64,000 bases of DNA. Source: Chromatiales bacterium (GTDB lineage: Bacteria; Pseudomonadota; Gammaproteobacteria; UBA6429; Thiohalophilaceae). Below, piece by piece: positions 22,309 through 31,561 of the stretch (position 1 is its first letter; every line of letters begins with the position of its first letter). The stretch is taken from positions 7,076-71,075 of the forward strand of contig JALSSV010000020.1 of assembly GCA_026984045.1 (NCBI GenBank), read 5' to 3'. Position numbers and translations under genes: made by a program. Below the pieces are notes generated by a model that saw only the letters and a list, made by a program, of their open reading frames with translations, searched no databases and was not told where the DNA came from.

Positions 22309-22879
22309 TCCCGTCTATCGCCTGTTGCGCAACCTTGCCATCGTGCTGACCCTGGCCTGGGTCGGCTGGTCCGCTTGGGACAGCCTGCGCCAGGATACCG
22401 GCCCCGGCCTGACAGCCTATGCGGCCGGCAACCGGGCCTTCGAAGACGGCGACTACGAACGGGCCCTGCGCGCCTACGAGGAAGCCCTGCAGGAGAACCC
22501 GCAACTGCTGGATGCCCTGCGTGGCAAGGCCCGGACCCTGATGCAACTGGGCCGCACTGCGGATGCTCTGGCCGCCTTCGACGAGGCCATTGCCCGGCAA
22601 CCGGATTTTGGCGCGACCTGGGCCAACCGGGGCATCCTGCACGATCGACTGGGCCATTACGCTCAGGCCCTGGCCGACTACGAGAAGGCCCTGAGCCTGA
22701 ATCCCGAACTGGCCGAAGGCCCGGGCTGGATCACCCGTTTCCTGCGCCTGCAGGCGGAGAAGCCGCCGACCATTGCCGATCGGGCCCGCTACCTGCGCGA
22801 ACAACTGGCCCTTCCCGAATCCGAACGACTTCTCAAGGTGCCGGAAGTGGACGCGCAGCAGCGCAGCTACAAGATGTGA
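22301..22879 (+). CDS. membrane-anchored TPR-repeat protein
   Basis: N-terminal TM, then three TPR-like units (GDYERALRAYEEAL..NP; ..ALAAFDEAIARQP; ..YAQALADYEKALSLNP). Confidence 0.75.
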   Translation: MDDPVYRLLRNLAIVLTLAWVGWSAWDSLRQDTGPGLTAYAAGNRAFEDGDYERALRAYEEALQENPQLLDALRGKARTLMQLGRTADALAAFDEAIARQPDFGATWANRGILHDRLGHYAQALADYEKALSLNPELAEGPGWITRFLRLQAEKPPTIADRARYLREQLALPESERLLKVPEVDAQQRSYKM

Positions 22880-22891
22880 GACAGGAGGGGT

Positions 22892-23092
22892 TCAGATCAG
22901 CTTGAGGATATCCACCAGCAGAACCCGAACGCAGAACAGCAGAGCGATCGCCCCGAACAGCAGGTGGCCGATCTCCGTCTCCCCCTCCTCGTCACGATAG
23001 GTCAGGCCGTGCCAGGCGATGGCACCGGTGACGAGCACGAACAGGTAGTCGAACATGGGATACTTCCGCAAAGACCACAGGATGTCCGGCAA
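22892..23092 (-). CDS. possible small membrane protein
   Basis: 66-aa ORF with two hydrophobic segments in an otherwise empty 260-bp gap. No homology recognised. Confidence 0.3.
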   Translation of the reverse strand: MPDILWSLRKYPMFDYLFVLVTGAIAWHGLTYRDEEGETEIGHLLFGAIALLFCVRVLLVDILKLI

Positions 23093-23142
23093 CGTATCAT
23101 TCTCCCGGCTTCGCGGACAAGCCCTGCCGATCGGTCATCGAC

Positions 23143-25017
23143 ATGTCGTCGCCTCTCTCGCCCGCTCCTGAACACCTGCGCCGGTTTGCCGACTTTGCCT
23201 CCCTGCCGGAGGCGTTGCTGGACGCCCTGGCCACGAACGGCGAAGTCCGGACGCTGCCCCGCGGACAGATGCTGTTCGCCACCGGGGAGCCCTACGCACA
23301 ACGCATTTTCCTGCTCATCGACGGCCGTCTGGAACTGCAACGGGAATTTCGCCCCCCGGTCTACTATGGGCCAGGCGAATTCGTCGGCCTGTCCAACTAC
23401 CTCGACAAGACTCCCTATGCCGCCACCGCCCTGGCCGATGAGGACTGCACCCTTCTGACCTACGCAGAGACGGCGTTTTCCCGCCTGGAGCAACGCCATC
23501 CGGAACTGGCCGACCTCGTGGATCGGCTCATTGCCCGCCGCCTGCGCATGCGCCGCGATACCTCCCGCACCATCAGCGGTGTCATGGGTCAGCCCGTCTC
23601 CCGCTACATGACCTCTCCCCTGGCGGAATGCCGGATGCAGACCACGATCCGCGAGGCCCATCGCATCATGCAGTCACGCCGGATCGGCAGTCTGGCCGTG
23701 TTCGACGACGATCGCCGACTGATCGGCATGCTGACCTTTGCCGGCCTGTGCGACGCCTGGCTGCTGCGTGGCGCCCACCCCGACTCGCCGGTGGCGGGTG
23801 CCGCCTGTGAAACCCCGATCACCATCGACGCCACGGCCCCGCTGTGGCAGGCCGAGGACCGGCTGCAGAGCGAGCACGTCAAGTACCTGATCGTCCAGCA
23901 GGACGCACAGCCGGTCGGCCTCGTTTCCCAGACCGATCTGTTTCGCGCCCGCCTGGAGGAAATGCACTCCCTGACCCGCGAAATCGGCGAAACCCGGGAT
24001 TACGCGGCACTTCATCATCTCTACCGCAGCATTCCGCGGCTCGCCGCCGAGGCCCACGAACGCCATCGTCACGCCAGCCAGGCGATACAGGAAATCAGTG
24101 AGGTCCATCTGGCCATCCAGCGCCGTTGTGTACAACTGACCCTGGATGAGCTGGAAGCGGAACAGGGTCCACCGCCGCGTGGCTTCGCCCTGCTGGTGAT
24201 GGGTTCAGGAGGGCGGCGGGAAATGCTCCTCAATCCGGATCAGGACAACGGCCTGATTCTCGACCCGGCCGGTGGCGAGCCGGATGAAGCCGAACGTCAA
24301 TGGTTCGGCCGTTTCGCGGTGCGTCTCAACGACAATCTCGATCGCTGCGGCTATGTCCTCTGCCCCGGCGAAATCATGGCCCGCAATCCCCTGTTCCACA
24401 AAACCCTCACTCGCTGGCAGGAACAAATCACCCGCATGGTCACATGGCCCAGTGACAAGTCGGCGCGCTGGGCCAACATCGTCTTCGATTTCACCACCCT
24501 GTACGGGGATGACAGACTCACCCGGTCCCTGCGCCAGCACCTGCTCGAGGCCATTCGCCAGCAGCCCGCCCTGCTCGGGTTCATGGTGGAAGACGATGCC
24601 GAAGGCCGCCCCCCCATCGGCCTGTTCAACCAGCTGCTCACCCGCAGTGACCGGGAACACCGGGGGACCATCGACATCAAGCGCAATGGCCTGCGCCTGG
24701 TGGCAGATGCCGCCCGAATCTATGCCCTGCACGCCGGCATCACCAGTACCGGCACCCGGGACCGCCTGCGCCACCTGGTGCATCAGGGGTTCCTGTCACG
24801 CGACATGGTCGACTCGGTTCTGGAAGCCTTCGACGAACTGCTGGACATCCTGCTCCGGCACCAGATCGAGCAGGCACAACAGGGACGACCGCCCGACAAG
24901 TACATCGATCCCGGCCGCCTGAGCTGGCAATCGCGCTCGGTGCTGCGGGTCTCCTTCCGGGCCATCAAGCGCCTGCAGGATCAGCTCCAGGGCCGGTTCG
25001 GCCGGGAAGCCTTGTGA
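23143..25017 (+). CDS. cNMP-binding + CBS-pair + DUF294 nucleotidyltransferase protein
   Basis: cNMP-binding fold at the N-terminus, CBS pair (RIGSLAVFDDDRRLIGMLT; YLIVQQDAQPVGLVS), NTase motif LLVMGSGGRREMLLNPDQDNGLIL, and a DUF294_C-like tail. Confidence 0.85.
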   Translation: MSSPLSPAPEHLRRFADFASLPEALLDALATNGEVRTLPRGQMLFATGEPYAQRIFLLIDGRLELQREFRPPVYYGPGEFVGLSNYLDKTPYAATALADEDCTLLTYAETAFSRLEQRHPELADLVDRLIARRLRMRRDTSRTISGVMGQPVSRYMTSPLAECRMQTTIREAHRIMQSRRIGSLAVFDDDRRLIGMLTFAGLCDAWLLRGAHPDSPVAGAACETPITIDATAPLWQAEDRLQSEHVKYLIVQQDAQPVGLVSQTDLFRARLEEMHSLTREIGETRDYAALHHLYRSIPRLAAEAHERHRHASQAIQEISEVHLAIQRRCVQLTLDELEAEQGPPPRGFALLVMGSGGRREMLLNPDQDNGLILDPAGGEPDEAERQWFGRFAVRLNDNLDRCGYVLCPGEIMARNPLFHKTLTRWQEQITRMVTWPSDKSARWANIVFDFTTLYGDDRLTRSLRQHLLEAIRQQPALLGFMVEDDAEGRPPIGLFNQLLTRSDREHRGTIDIKRNGLRLVADAARIYALHAGITSTGTRDRLRHLVHQGFLSRDMVDSVLEAFDELLDILLRHQIEQAQQGRPPDKYIDPGRLSWQSRSVLRVSFRAIKRLQDQLQGRFGREAL

Positions 25018-25727
25018 TGGGCACGCGCCGACCGCTGGTGGATCGCATGCGCCGGCTGCTGCGACTGCCCACCCCGCCCGAGGATCCGGATCTGGCGGCC
25101 CTCTATCACGCCTGCCGTCTGCATCCCGGCAAGCGCCAGTTGCAACAGGCCATCGCCGAGACGCGTTTCGTGGTCCTGGACACGGAAACCACCGGCTTCG
25201 AGGTCTTCGCCGGCGACGAGATGATCGCCATCGCCATGCTTGAATACCAGGGCTACACGGCCACCGGTGAGCGGTATCAGACACTCATCCACCCGGGGCG
25301 CCCCATCCCGGCCAGCAGTACTGCCATTCATGGCATCGACGATGCGGACGTACGCGATGCCCCAGCCATCGAGCGGATCTTTCCCGACATCGTCCGCTTC
25401 ATCGGCGACGGGGTCCTAGTCGGCCATCATGTCGACTTCGATTTGCGTTTCCTGAACAAGTACCTCCGGCAACTGGTGGGCTGTCGCTTCCGCAACCTGT
25501 GGCTCGACACCATGCTGCTCTATACGGGCCTGACCGGACGCCTGGGCCACTATACGCTCGAGGAGGTGGCCGCCTGGTGTGGTCATCCCGTGCAGAACCG
25601 CCATACGGCGCTCGGCGATGCCCGCGCCGCCGCCGACATCTTCACCACCCTGGGGCCGCGGATCTGTCCATCCGAAGCCCCCCTGCAGAAACTGCACGAC
25701 CGGCAGTTCAGCACCGAGGCAATCTGA
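25014..25727 (+). CDS. DEDDh 3'-5' exonuclease (DnaQ-like)
   Basis: VVLDTETTGF (ExoI), IHGI, GHHVDFDLRFL (ExoII), HTALGDARAAADIF (ExoIII). Overlaps the DUF294 gene stop by 4 nt. Confidence 0.85.
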   Translation: MMGTRRPLVDRMRRLLRLPTPPEDPDLAALYHACRLHPGKRQLQQAIAETRFVVLDTETTGFEVFAGDEMIAIAMLEYQGYTATGERYQTLIHPGRPIPASSTAIHGIDDADVRDAPAIERIFPDIVRFIGDGVLVGHHVDFDLRFLNKYLRQLVGCRFRNLWLDTMLLYTGLTGRLGHYTLEEVAAWCGHPVQNRHTALGDARAAADIFTTLGPRICPSEAPLQKLHDRQFSTEAI

Positions 25728-25848
25728 CACTGCCGGCTCGATGCCCCCCGCCATGCCGAACGAATCTCTGAAACTCGTATTCAGGGTGACCCCGGAATCG
25801 ATGCGGAAACGCTTGCGGCGGACCCGGGGATTGTGAAAAATAGCCCCC

Positions 25849-26136
25849 ATGGCATTTCCGGGCCGACCACTCCTGCACCACCCCGTCACCCGCCGTCTCG
25901 GCTGGCTGCTGTTCGGTGTCCTGTTCTATCTTTCCGGCGAGGCGGCCACCGTCTGGTTACTGGATCCCGCCCATTTTGGTGGTGGCAGGCAATGGTTCTG
26001 GCTGGCCCTGTTCCCTGTTCTGCTGCCGGCCTTCTTCCTGTTGCCGCGCTGGTTCGGCTGCGCCAGCGGCCACTGCCAACACGGTCGCTGTGACCTCGGC
26101 GAGCGGCCACCGTCCTCCTTTCCTCCACCGGGCTGA
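25849..26136 (+). CDS. possible small membrane protein with C-terminal Cys/His motif
   Basis: 95-aa ORF with two hydrophobic segments, CASGHCQHGRC, and acceptable GC3. No homology recognised. Confidence 0.3.
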   Translation: MAFPGRPLLHHPVTRRLGWLLFGVLFYLSGEAATVWLLDPAHFGGGRQWFWLALFPVLLPAFFLLPRWFGCASGHCQHGRCDLGERPPSSFPPPG

Positions 26137-26181
26137 TCATCGGCTTGGGCAACGAAAACAACCATCACCAGGAGTCTTCCC

Positions 26182-28125
26182 ATGTCAGAAGAAAAGGTCT
26201 ATCCGGTCCCCCCGGAGTTCGCGAAACAGGCTCACATCGACGAAGCGAAATACTTCGAGATGTATCAGCGGTCACTCGACGATCCGGAGGGTTTCTGGGC
26301 CGAACAGGCCGAGGAATTCGTCACCTGGTTCAAGCCCTGGGACAAGGTGCTCGACTGGAGTTACGCCAAGGACGACCTCTACATCAAATGGTTCGAGGGC
26401 GGCAAGCTGAACGTGGCCTACAACTGCATCGACCGCCACCTCGAGACCCGCGGCGATCAGGTGGCCATCATCTGGGAAGGCGACGATCCGGCCGACGACC
26501 AGAAAATCACCTACCGTGAACTGCACGAGCACGTCTCGAAGCTGGCCAACGTGCTCAAAAGCCGGGGCGTAAAGAAGGGCGACCGGGTCTGCATCTACAT
26601 GCCCATGATCCCCGAGGCGGCCTACGCCATGCTGGCCTGCGCGCGGATCGGTGCCGTCCATTCGGTGGTGTTCGGCGGCTTCTCGGCCGAATCGTTGAAG
26701 GATCGCATCCTCGACTCGGACTGCCAGGTGGTCATCACCGCCGACGAGGGCATGCGCGGTGGCAAGAAGGTTCTGCTCAAGAAGCACACCGACGAAGCCG
26801 TGGCCCAGTGCCCCAAGGTACATACGGTCCTCACGGTCCGGCGCACCGGCGGCGACATCGACTGGCATCCCGAACGGGATGTCTGGTATCACGATGCCAT
26901 GGCCGAGGCCTCGGCCGACTGCCCGCCGGAGGAAATGGATGCCGAGGATCCCCTGTTCATCCTCTACACCTCCGGCTCCACCGGCAAGCCCAAGGGCGTA
27001 CTGCACACCACGGGGGGCTACCTGCTCTACGTAGCCATCACCACCAAATACACCTTCGACATCCACGAGGGCGAGATCTTCTGGTGTACCGCCGACGTGG
27101 GCTGGATCACCGGTCACAGCTACCTGGTCTACGGTCCGCTGGCGATCGGCACCACCACCATCGTCTTCGAAGGGATCCCCACCTGGCCCGATGCCTCCCG
27201 CTTCTGGCAGGTGGTGGACAAGCACCAGGTCAACATCTTCTACACGGCCCCCACGGCCATCCGTGCCCTGATGCGCGAAGGCGATGCACCGGTTAAGAAG
27301 ACCTCGCGCCAGAGCCTGCGGGTCCTCGGCACCGTGGGCGAACCCATCAACCCCGAAGCCTGGGAATGGTACTACCACGTGGTGGGCGAAGGCCGCTGCC
27401 CCATCGTCGACACCTGGTGGCAGACCGAAACCGGCGGCCACCTGATCACGCCCCTGCCCGGCGCGACCCCGCTCAAGCCCGGCTCCGCCACCCGCCCCTT
27501 CTTCGGCATCGAACCGGCCATCCTGGACGGCGACGGCAAGCCGCTCGAGGGCGAGGCCGAAGGCGCGCTGGTCATGTGTCGGCCCTGGCCCAGCCAGATG
27601 CGTACCGTCTATGGCGACCACCAGCGTTTCGTCGACACCTACTTCTCGGCCTATCCCGGGTACTATTTCACCGGCGACGGCGCCCGGCGCGACAAGGACG
27701 GTTACTACTGGATCACCGGCCGCATGGACGACGTGCTCAACGTCTCCGGCCACCGCATGGGCACCGCGGAAGTGGAGAGCGCCCTGGTGCTGCATGACGC
27801 CGTGGCCGAGGCCGCCGTGGTGGGCTTCCCCCATGACATCAAGGGTCAGGGGATCTACGCCTATGTCACGCTGGTCAAGGGGGTGGAGCCGAGCGAGGAA
27901 CTGAAGAAGGAACTCATCGATCTGGTGGTGAAGGAAATCGGCCCCATCGCCAAGCCCGATGTCATCCAGTGGGCCCCCGGCCTGCCCAAGACCCGTTCCG
28001 GCAAGATCATGCGCCGCATCCTGCGCAAGATCGCCGCCAACGAACTCGACAACCTCGGCGACACCTCGACCCTGGCCGATCCGGAAGTGGTGGAGGATCT
28101 GATCCATAACCGGGCCAACAAATAG
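26182..28125 (+). CDS. acs: acetyl-CoA synthetase
   Basis: 647 aa, collinear with Acs: [52 protein letters not shown]. Confidence 0.97.
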   Translation: MSEEKVYPVPPEFAKQAHIDEAKYFEMYQRSLDDPEGFWAEQAEEFVTWFKPWDKVLDWSYAKDDLYIKWFEGGKLNVAYNCIDRHLETRGDQVAIIWEGDDPADDQKITYRELHEHVSKLANVLKSRGVKKGDRVCIYMPMIPEAAYAMLACARIGAVHSVVFGGFSAESLKDRILDSDCQVVITADEGMRGGKKVLLKKHTDEAVAQCPKVHTVLTVRRTGGDIDWHPERDVWYHDAMAEASADCPPEEMDAEDPLFILYTSGSTGKPKGVLHTTGGYLLYVAITTKYTFDIHEGEIFWCTADVGWITGHSYLVYGPLAIGTTTIVFEGIPTWPDASRFWQVVDKHQVNIFYTAPTAIRALMREGDAPVKKTSRQSLRVLGTVGEPINPEAWEWYYHVVGEGRCPIVDTWWQTETGGHLITPLPGATPLKPGSATRPFFGIEPAILDGDGKPLEGEAEGALVMCRPWPSQMRTVYGDHQRFVDTYFSAYPGYYFTGDGARRDKDGYYWITGRMDDVLNVSGHRMGTAEVESALVLHDAVAEAAVVGFPHDIKGQGIYAYVTLVKGVEPSEELKKELIDLVVKEIGPIAKPDVIQWAPGLPKTRSGKIMRRILRKIAANELDNLGDTSTLADPEVVEDLIHNRANK

Positions 28126-28128
28126 GCC

Positions 28129-28308
28129 GGTCGCGGCGAGGGCGCCGCTCCTACGGGGGATCATCGCCCGGCATTTCCGGGCTCACGCCGGCCGTTCCCG
28201 GCCCGGCTGTTGGCATCAGGCTGCGGCGTTGCATCCAGCTGTAGGAGCGGCGCCCTCGCCGCGACCTTCCCACGGCTGTCGCATTGTCGCGGCCCGCGCC
28301 GCTCCTAC
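28129..28308. repeat. three GTAG-type REP copies (forward, reverse, forward)
   Basis: GGTCGCGGCGAGGGCGCCGCTCCTAC (28129-28154), its exact reverse complement (28241-28266), and a variant GTCGCGGCCCGCGCCGCTCCTAC (28286-28308). Confidence 0.8.
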
Positions 28309-28355
28309 AGGTGATTTGCGATACCGCAACATCGTAGCCATGAACATGGTTGTCG

Positions 28356-28378
28356 GTAGGTCGAGCTTTGGCCCGACC
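28356..28378 (+). repeat. REP-like palindromic unit GTAGGTCGAGCTTTGGCCCGACC
   Basis: GTAG head followed by an imperfect palindrome, read directly. Confidence 0.55.
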
Positions 28379-28425
28379 AAATGGAAGCTCCGAATATCAG
28401 TCCATGGTGTCCTGTCTGCACTGAG

Positions 28426-28535
28426 CCCTGCGGGAGTGGGCGACGGTGCGTGACCTTCGGCCGCAGTGATGCGGCCGTAGAGCCTACATGGACGTATTCA
28501 CGGCGTGTCACGCACCGTCTCCCACTCCCGCAGGG
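28426..28535. repeat. hairpin repeat element, family R1 copy 3 (29-bp arms with 1 mismatch, 52-nt core, core inverted relative to copy 2)
   Basis: Arms CCCTGCGGGAGTGGGCGACGGTGCGTGAC / GTCACGCACCGTCTCCCACTCCCGCAGGG. The core is the reverse complement of the 60407-60458 core with a few substitutions. Confidence 0.8.
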
Positions 28536-28619
28536 CGATGGTGGAAATTGGTACCATTAGCCAACCGGTCTGCCATTTGGAACCTCCATTTAGCCAACCG
28601 GTTGTATGGCACGTTCATT

Positions 28620-28641
28620 GTTGGGCTAAAGCCCAACCTAC
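28620..28641 (-). repeat. REP-like unit GTAGGTTGGGCTTTAGCCCAAC
   Basis: On the minus strand, a GTAG head plus a perfect 8-bp palindrome (GTTGGGCT/AGCCCAAC). Confidence 0.55.
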
Positions 28642-28700
28642 ACCCGACCTAATAGTGAAAATCTCTGCGCACTTTGCGCCTTTGGGTCGAATCCACGCCC

Positions 28701-29264
28701 CTACATGCTCAGGTACTTCAACCGCTGGTTGATCCGATCCTGCCAGCCGGTGCCGTCGGTCAGATCGTAGATCCGGCGCAGGATTTCCCGTTCGCCGGGG
28801 TAGTAGGTATGGGTGATGTAGAACTCGTGGGCCTTGGCGTTCTTGTCGAACTGCAGTTTGCCGGCGATGCGGAAGGAGCCCACGTATTGCAAGGCGCCGG
28901 GCTTGACGGTGATCACGGTCATGTAGGGGCTGATGTTCTTGGCCGAGAGCCGGAAGTTGTGGAACTCGGACAGGCCCTTGCGGGCGGTGAAACCGGCCAG
29001 ATAGTACTTGCCGGGCTTGAGGTTCACGGCCACGAAGTCGCCATTGGGATAGACCTGGACCTTGGGTGGCACCACGAAGGGCGGCAGGTAGAACTTGCCA
29101 TATTCGTGCAGCACCACCTTGGTGATCATCACGTCGGCCCGGATGCTGCCGAAAATCATGCCATTGGCCGGATCCTTGATGTCCAGGGGCGGGGCCGGGA
29201 CCTGGGCACAGCCCGACAGCAGCAGGCTGCCGGCCAGCAGCAGGTGAGCCAGGGTCTTGCGCAT
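28701..29264 (-). CDS. lipoprotein of unknown function, downstream of vgrG
   Basis: MRKTLAHLLLAGSLLLSGC lipobox at the internal ATG 29264. 187 aa, beta-rich. No family recognised. Confidence 0.7.
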   Translation of the reverse strand: MRKTLAHLLLAGSLLLSGCAQVPAPPLDIKDPANGMIFGSIRADVMITKVVLHEYGKFYLPPFVVPPKVQVYPNGDFVAVNLKPGKYYLAGFTARKGLSEFHNFRLSAKNISPYMTVITVKPGALQYVGSFRIAGKLQFDKNAKAHEFYITHTYYPGEREILRRIYDLTDGTGWQDRINQRLKYLSM

Positions 29265-29450
29265 GTTGTCGCTCTCCGGTGAATGCTCAGCGGGGAGAGA
29301 TTCAGGAATCGTGCCAGGACGGGCGATGCCGCCACCGACATCGCACGCCCCCTCGCTGGACGCTGAGGCCACTGATTTTCCACGGATTCCCGGCGCGCCA
29401 TGGCGCGCCGGCCGGATGGCCGGGCGGCAAGCCCTTGCCGCCGGCGCGGC

Positions 29451-31535
29451 TCAGTTGCTGCCGATGCTCTGTCCGGTGACGGTGATGGCCTGGCCGCTGA
29501 TGTTCACGGCCTTGCCGCTGATCACCAGATCGCCGCCGCTGCCGATCTCGATGGCGGCGCCGGCCTGGCCGATGTGGAGGGTGCCCCCGCCCTCTCCCCT
29601 GACGGTGATGGCCTTGGCCGCCGACAGCTCGATGGCGCCACTCACGGCGTTCACCGCCAGATCCTCGTTGCGGATGGTCATGGAGAGGGTTTCGCCCACA
29701 TCGAGGATCACGTCGTCGCCGGCCTCGAGGCTGGCGTCTTCCTCCTCGGCCTGAAAGCGCAGGTTGTCACCGGCCTTGAGCAGCAGATCGGTGGCGGCCT
29801 GGAGTTCGATTTCGGCCTGCTTGGTCATGAGCTGCTGGCGGTTTTCCACCGTGACGCGGTGATCGGCGCCCACCCGCACCTGCTGGCTGTCGCCGCATTC
29901 GAGGATCATGCTCTTGGCGGCATAGGCTTCCATCTCGCCCTCTTCCGTGGCCAGGCGCACGCGGTGGCCTTCGGCATTGGCGTCCAGGGTCAGAATGTTC
30001 TTGCGATCGCGGGTGTGCAGTTCGATCTTCTCCTGGCCCTTGCGATCGTCCATCAGCAGTTCGTTGCCGCCCCAGGTGCGCAGACGGTTCTCGCTGGCAT
30101 TGGCCGAGGTCACGGGCGAGATCGCCTCGGCAGTGGAAATGGCACCCATGATGAAGGGCCGATCGATGTCGCCGTTGACGCAGCCCACCACCACCTCGGT
30201 GCCGGCATGCAGCGGAAAGTGCATGCCCCAGTCCCTGCCGCCGTAGGGCTGCATCATGCGCACCGGGTGGCTCGCCTCCCCTGCCGGGGTTTCGGACAGA
30301 TCGAAGGGCAGGCGGATGCGGTAACGGCCCAGTTCGTCCAGGTAGGCGTATTCGCCGCCGGTGGATTCGATGCGCGCGGTGATCACGCCCTGGATCCGCC
30401 GCGGCGGACGGGGCAGAAGGCGAAACGGTACGCCGGCGCGGATCAGCAGGGCCTTGTTGCGATAGGTCATGCCTTCCGGCGCCGTGCCCATGGCGAAGGC
30501 GTGACGCTGTTCGCCCCGGTGATCCACGTCCACCACCAGGTAGTCGCCGTTGAGCGTCTCATCGGGATGGCCGTCGAGGGTGAAACGGTAACCGGGAGCA
30601 AGCCCGCGGCAGTCGGTCTCGAGGATGAAGGTCTCCCGCTGCCAGTCTTCGGCCTCCTGGGCCACGCGGCAGATCCGCTCCCCTTCCTGCATGGTCTTGA
30701 AGTTGGCGCCATAGGTGTAGCGGTCGCCATGGCCGGGGATGGGGGTGGCATTGGCGGCCCGGCTCTGCAGGTTCGCTTCCGGAGTGCGGTAGTTCACGTC
30801 CCGGTAGTGATGGCCGTCCGTGCGCAGCCGGGCCTGGTGACGCAGGGCGAAGGCGCTCTCGACCTCCCGCACTTCGCCGGTCTGCACCTGGAACACGAGC
30901 CGGCCGGGGCCGGGCAGCGGTGGCAGGCTGGCCACGCTGTCGTGGAAGACGATCCGCACCGATTCTTCCTGCTGCTCGTGGCGGAAGAAAATCCCGTTGC
31001 GGGTCATCAGCCGCTGCAGGAAGTCCCAGTCGCTCTCCTCGTATTGCACCACGAATTCCAGGGGCGGATAGTCTTCGCTCAGGTCGAAGGCGAAGTCGTC
31101 GGTGCTGAAACCGGCGCCGGTCAGCACCGCCTCGATGATCTCCGGCACGCGGCGGCCGAGAAAGACCCGATCATGCTGGTGGAGTTCGAGCAGGGTCAGG
31201 GGCGCGATGAGGATCAGCTCGTATTCCTGCCGCTCGGGATCGGTGCCCACGTTGGTGTAGTCCCGTACCTGACCGTGCACGTAAACCGGTTCGGCATCCC
31301 AGCGCACCAGAAGCCGGGCGCGGGCGCCGATGATGTCGGCAGGCGCAATATCGGCCTCGGTGCCGACCCGGATGCGGAAACGGTAGTTGCGACCCAGAGC
31401 GTGATCCTCGGCACTGAAGGAATACACGGAAAAGGTGCCATCCGGCACGCCGCCCACATCGAGAAAGAACTGGCTCTCGGCGGCGGCGGTCACGTCCAGT
31501 TTCACGGCGTTGGCAATGTTCTTGAGCACGTCCAT
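29451..31535 (-). CDS. vgrG: T6SS spike protein VgrG (TssI), 694 aa, no evolved effector domain
   Basis: gp27/gp5-like regions (VVQYEESDWDFLQRLM; GRYRIRLPFD; MQPYGGRDWGMHFPLHAGTEVVVGCVNGDIDRPFIMG) and a C-terminal beta-helix. Track ORF (1117 aa) trimmed to the ATG at 31535. Confidence 0.95.
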   Translation of the reverse strand: MDVLKNIANAVKLDVTAAAESQFFLDVGGVPDGTFSVYSFSAEDHALGRNYRFRIRVGTEADIAPADIIGARARLLVRWDAEPVYVHGQVRDYTNVGTDPERQEYELILIAPLTLLELHQHDRVFLGRRVPEIIEAVLTGAGFSTDDFAFDLSEDYPPLEFVVQYEESDWDFLQRLMTRNGIFFRHEQQEESVRIVFHDSVASLPPLPGPGRLVFQVQTGEVREVESAFALRHQARLRTDGHHYRDVNYRTPEANLQSRAANATPIPGHGDRYTYGANFKTMQEGERICRVAQEAEDWQRETFILETDCRGLAPGYRFTLDGHPDETLNGDYLVVDVDHRGEQRHAFAMGTAPEGMTYRNKALLIRAGVPFRLLPRPPRRIQGVITARIESTGGEYAYLDELGRYRIRLPFDLSETPAGEASHPVRMMQPYGGRDWGMHFPLHAGTEVVVGCVNGDIDRPFIMGAISTAEAISPVTSANASENRLRTWGGNELLMDDRKGQEKIELHTRDRKNILTLDANAEGHRVRLATEEGEMEAYAAKSMILECGDSQQVRVGADHRVTVENRQQLMTKQAEIELQAATDLLLKAGDNLRFQAEEEDASLEAGDDVILDVGETLSMTIRNEDLAVNAVSGAIELSAAKAITVRGEGGGTLHIGQAGAAIEIGSGGDLVISGKAVNISGQAITVTGQSIGSN

Positions 31536-31561
31536 GCAGGTGTCCTCGTGGTCGTTTGCGA

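Noticed and set aside
28320-28440. Checked the large ORF-free gaps (28.1-28.7, 49.9-50.3, 60.5-60.8 and 61.5-61.8 kb) for tRNA, tmRNA, SRP, 6S or RNase P RNA.
   Set aside because: No cloverleaf-compatible acceptor/T-arm pairs (no GTTCRANYC box in context), and none of the conserved motifs of these RNAs could be found by eye. A covariance-model scan would be needed for certainty.
29265-29450. Possible PAAR or small effector ORF in the vgrG-lipoprotein spacer, and likewise in the clpV-vgrG junction (31536-31561).
   Set aside because: Only an 81-aa Arg/Pro-rich ORF in a different frame, overlapping the lipoprotein start. It has no PAAR-like motif, and the clpV-vgrG spacer is only 26 nt.
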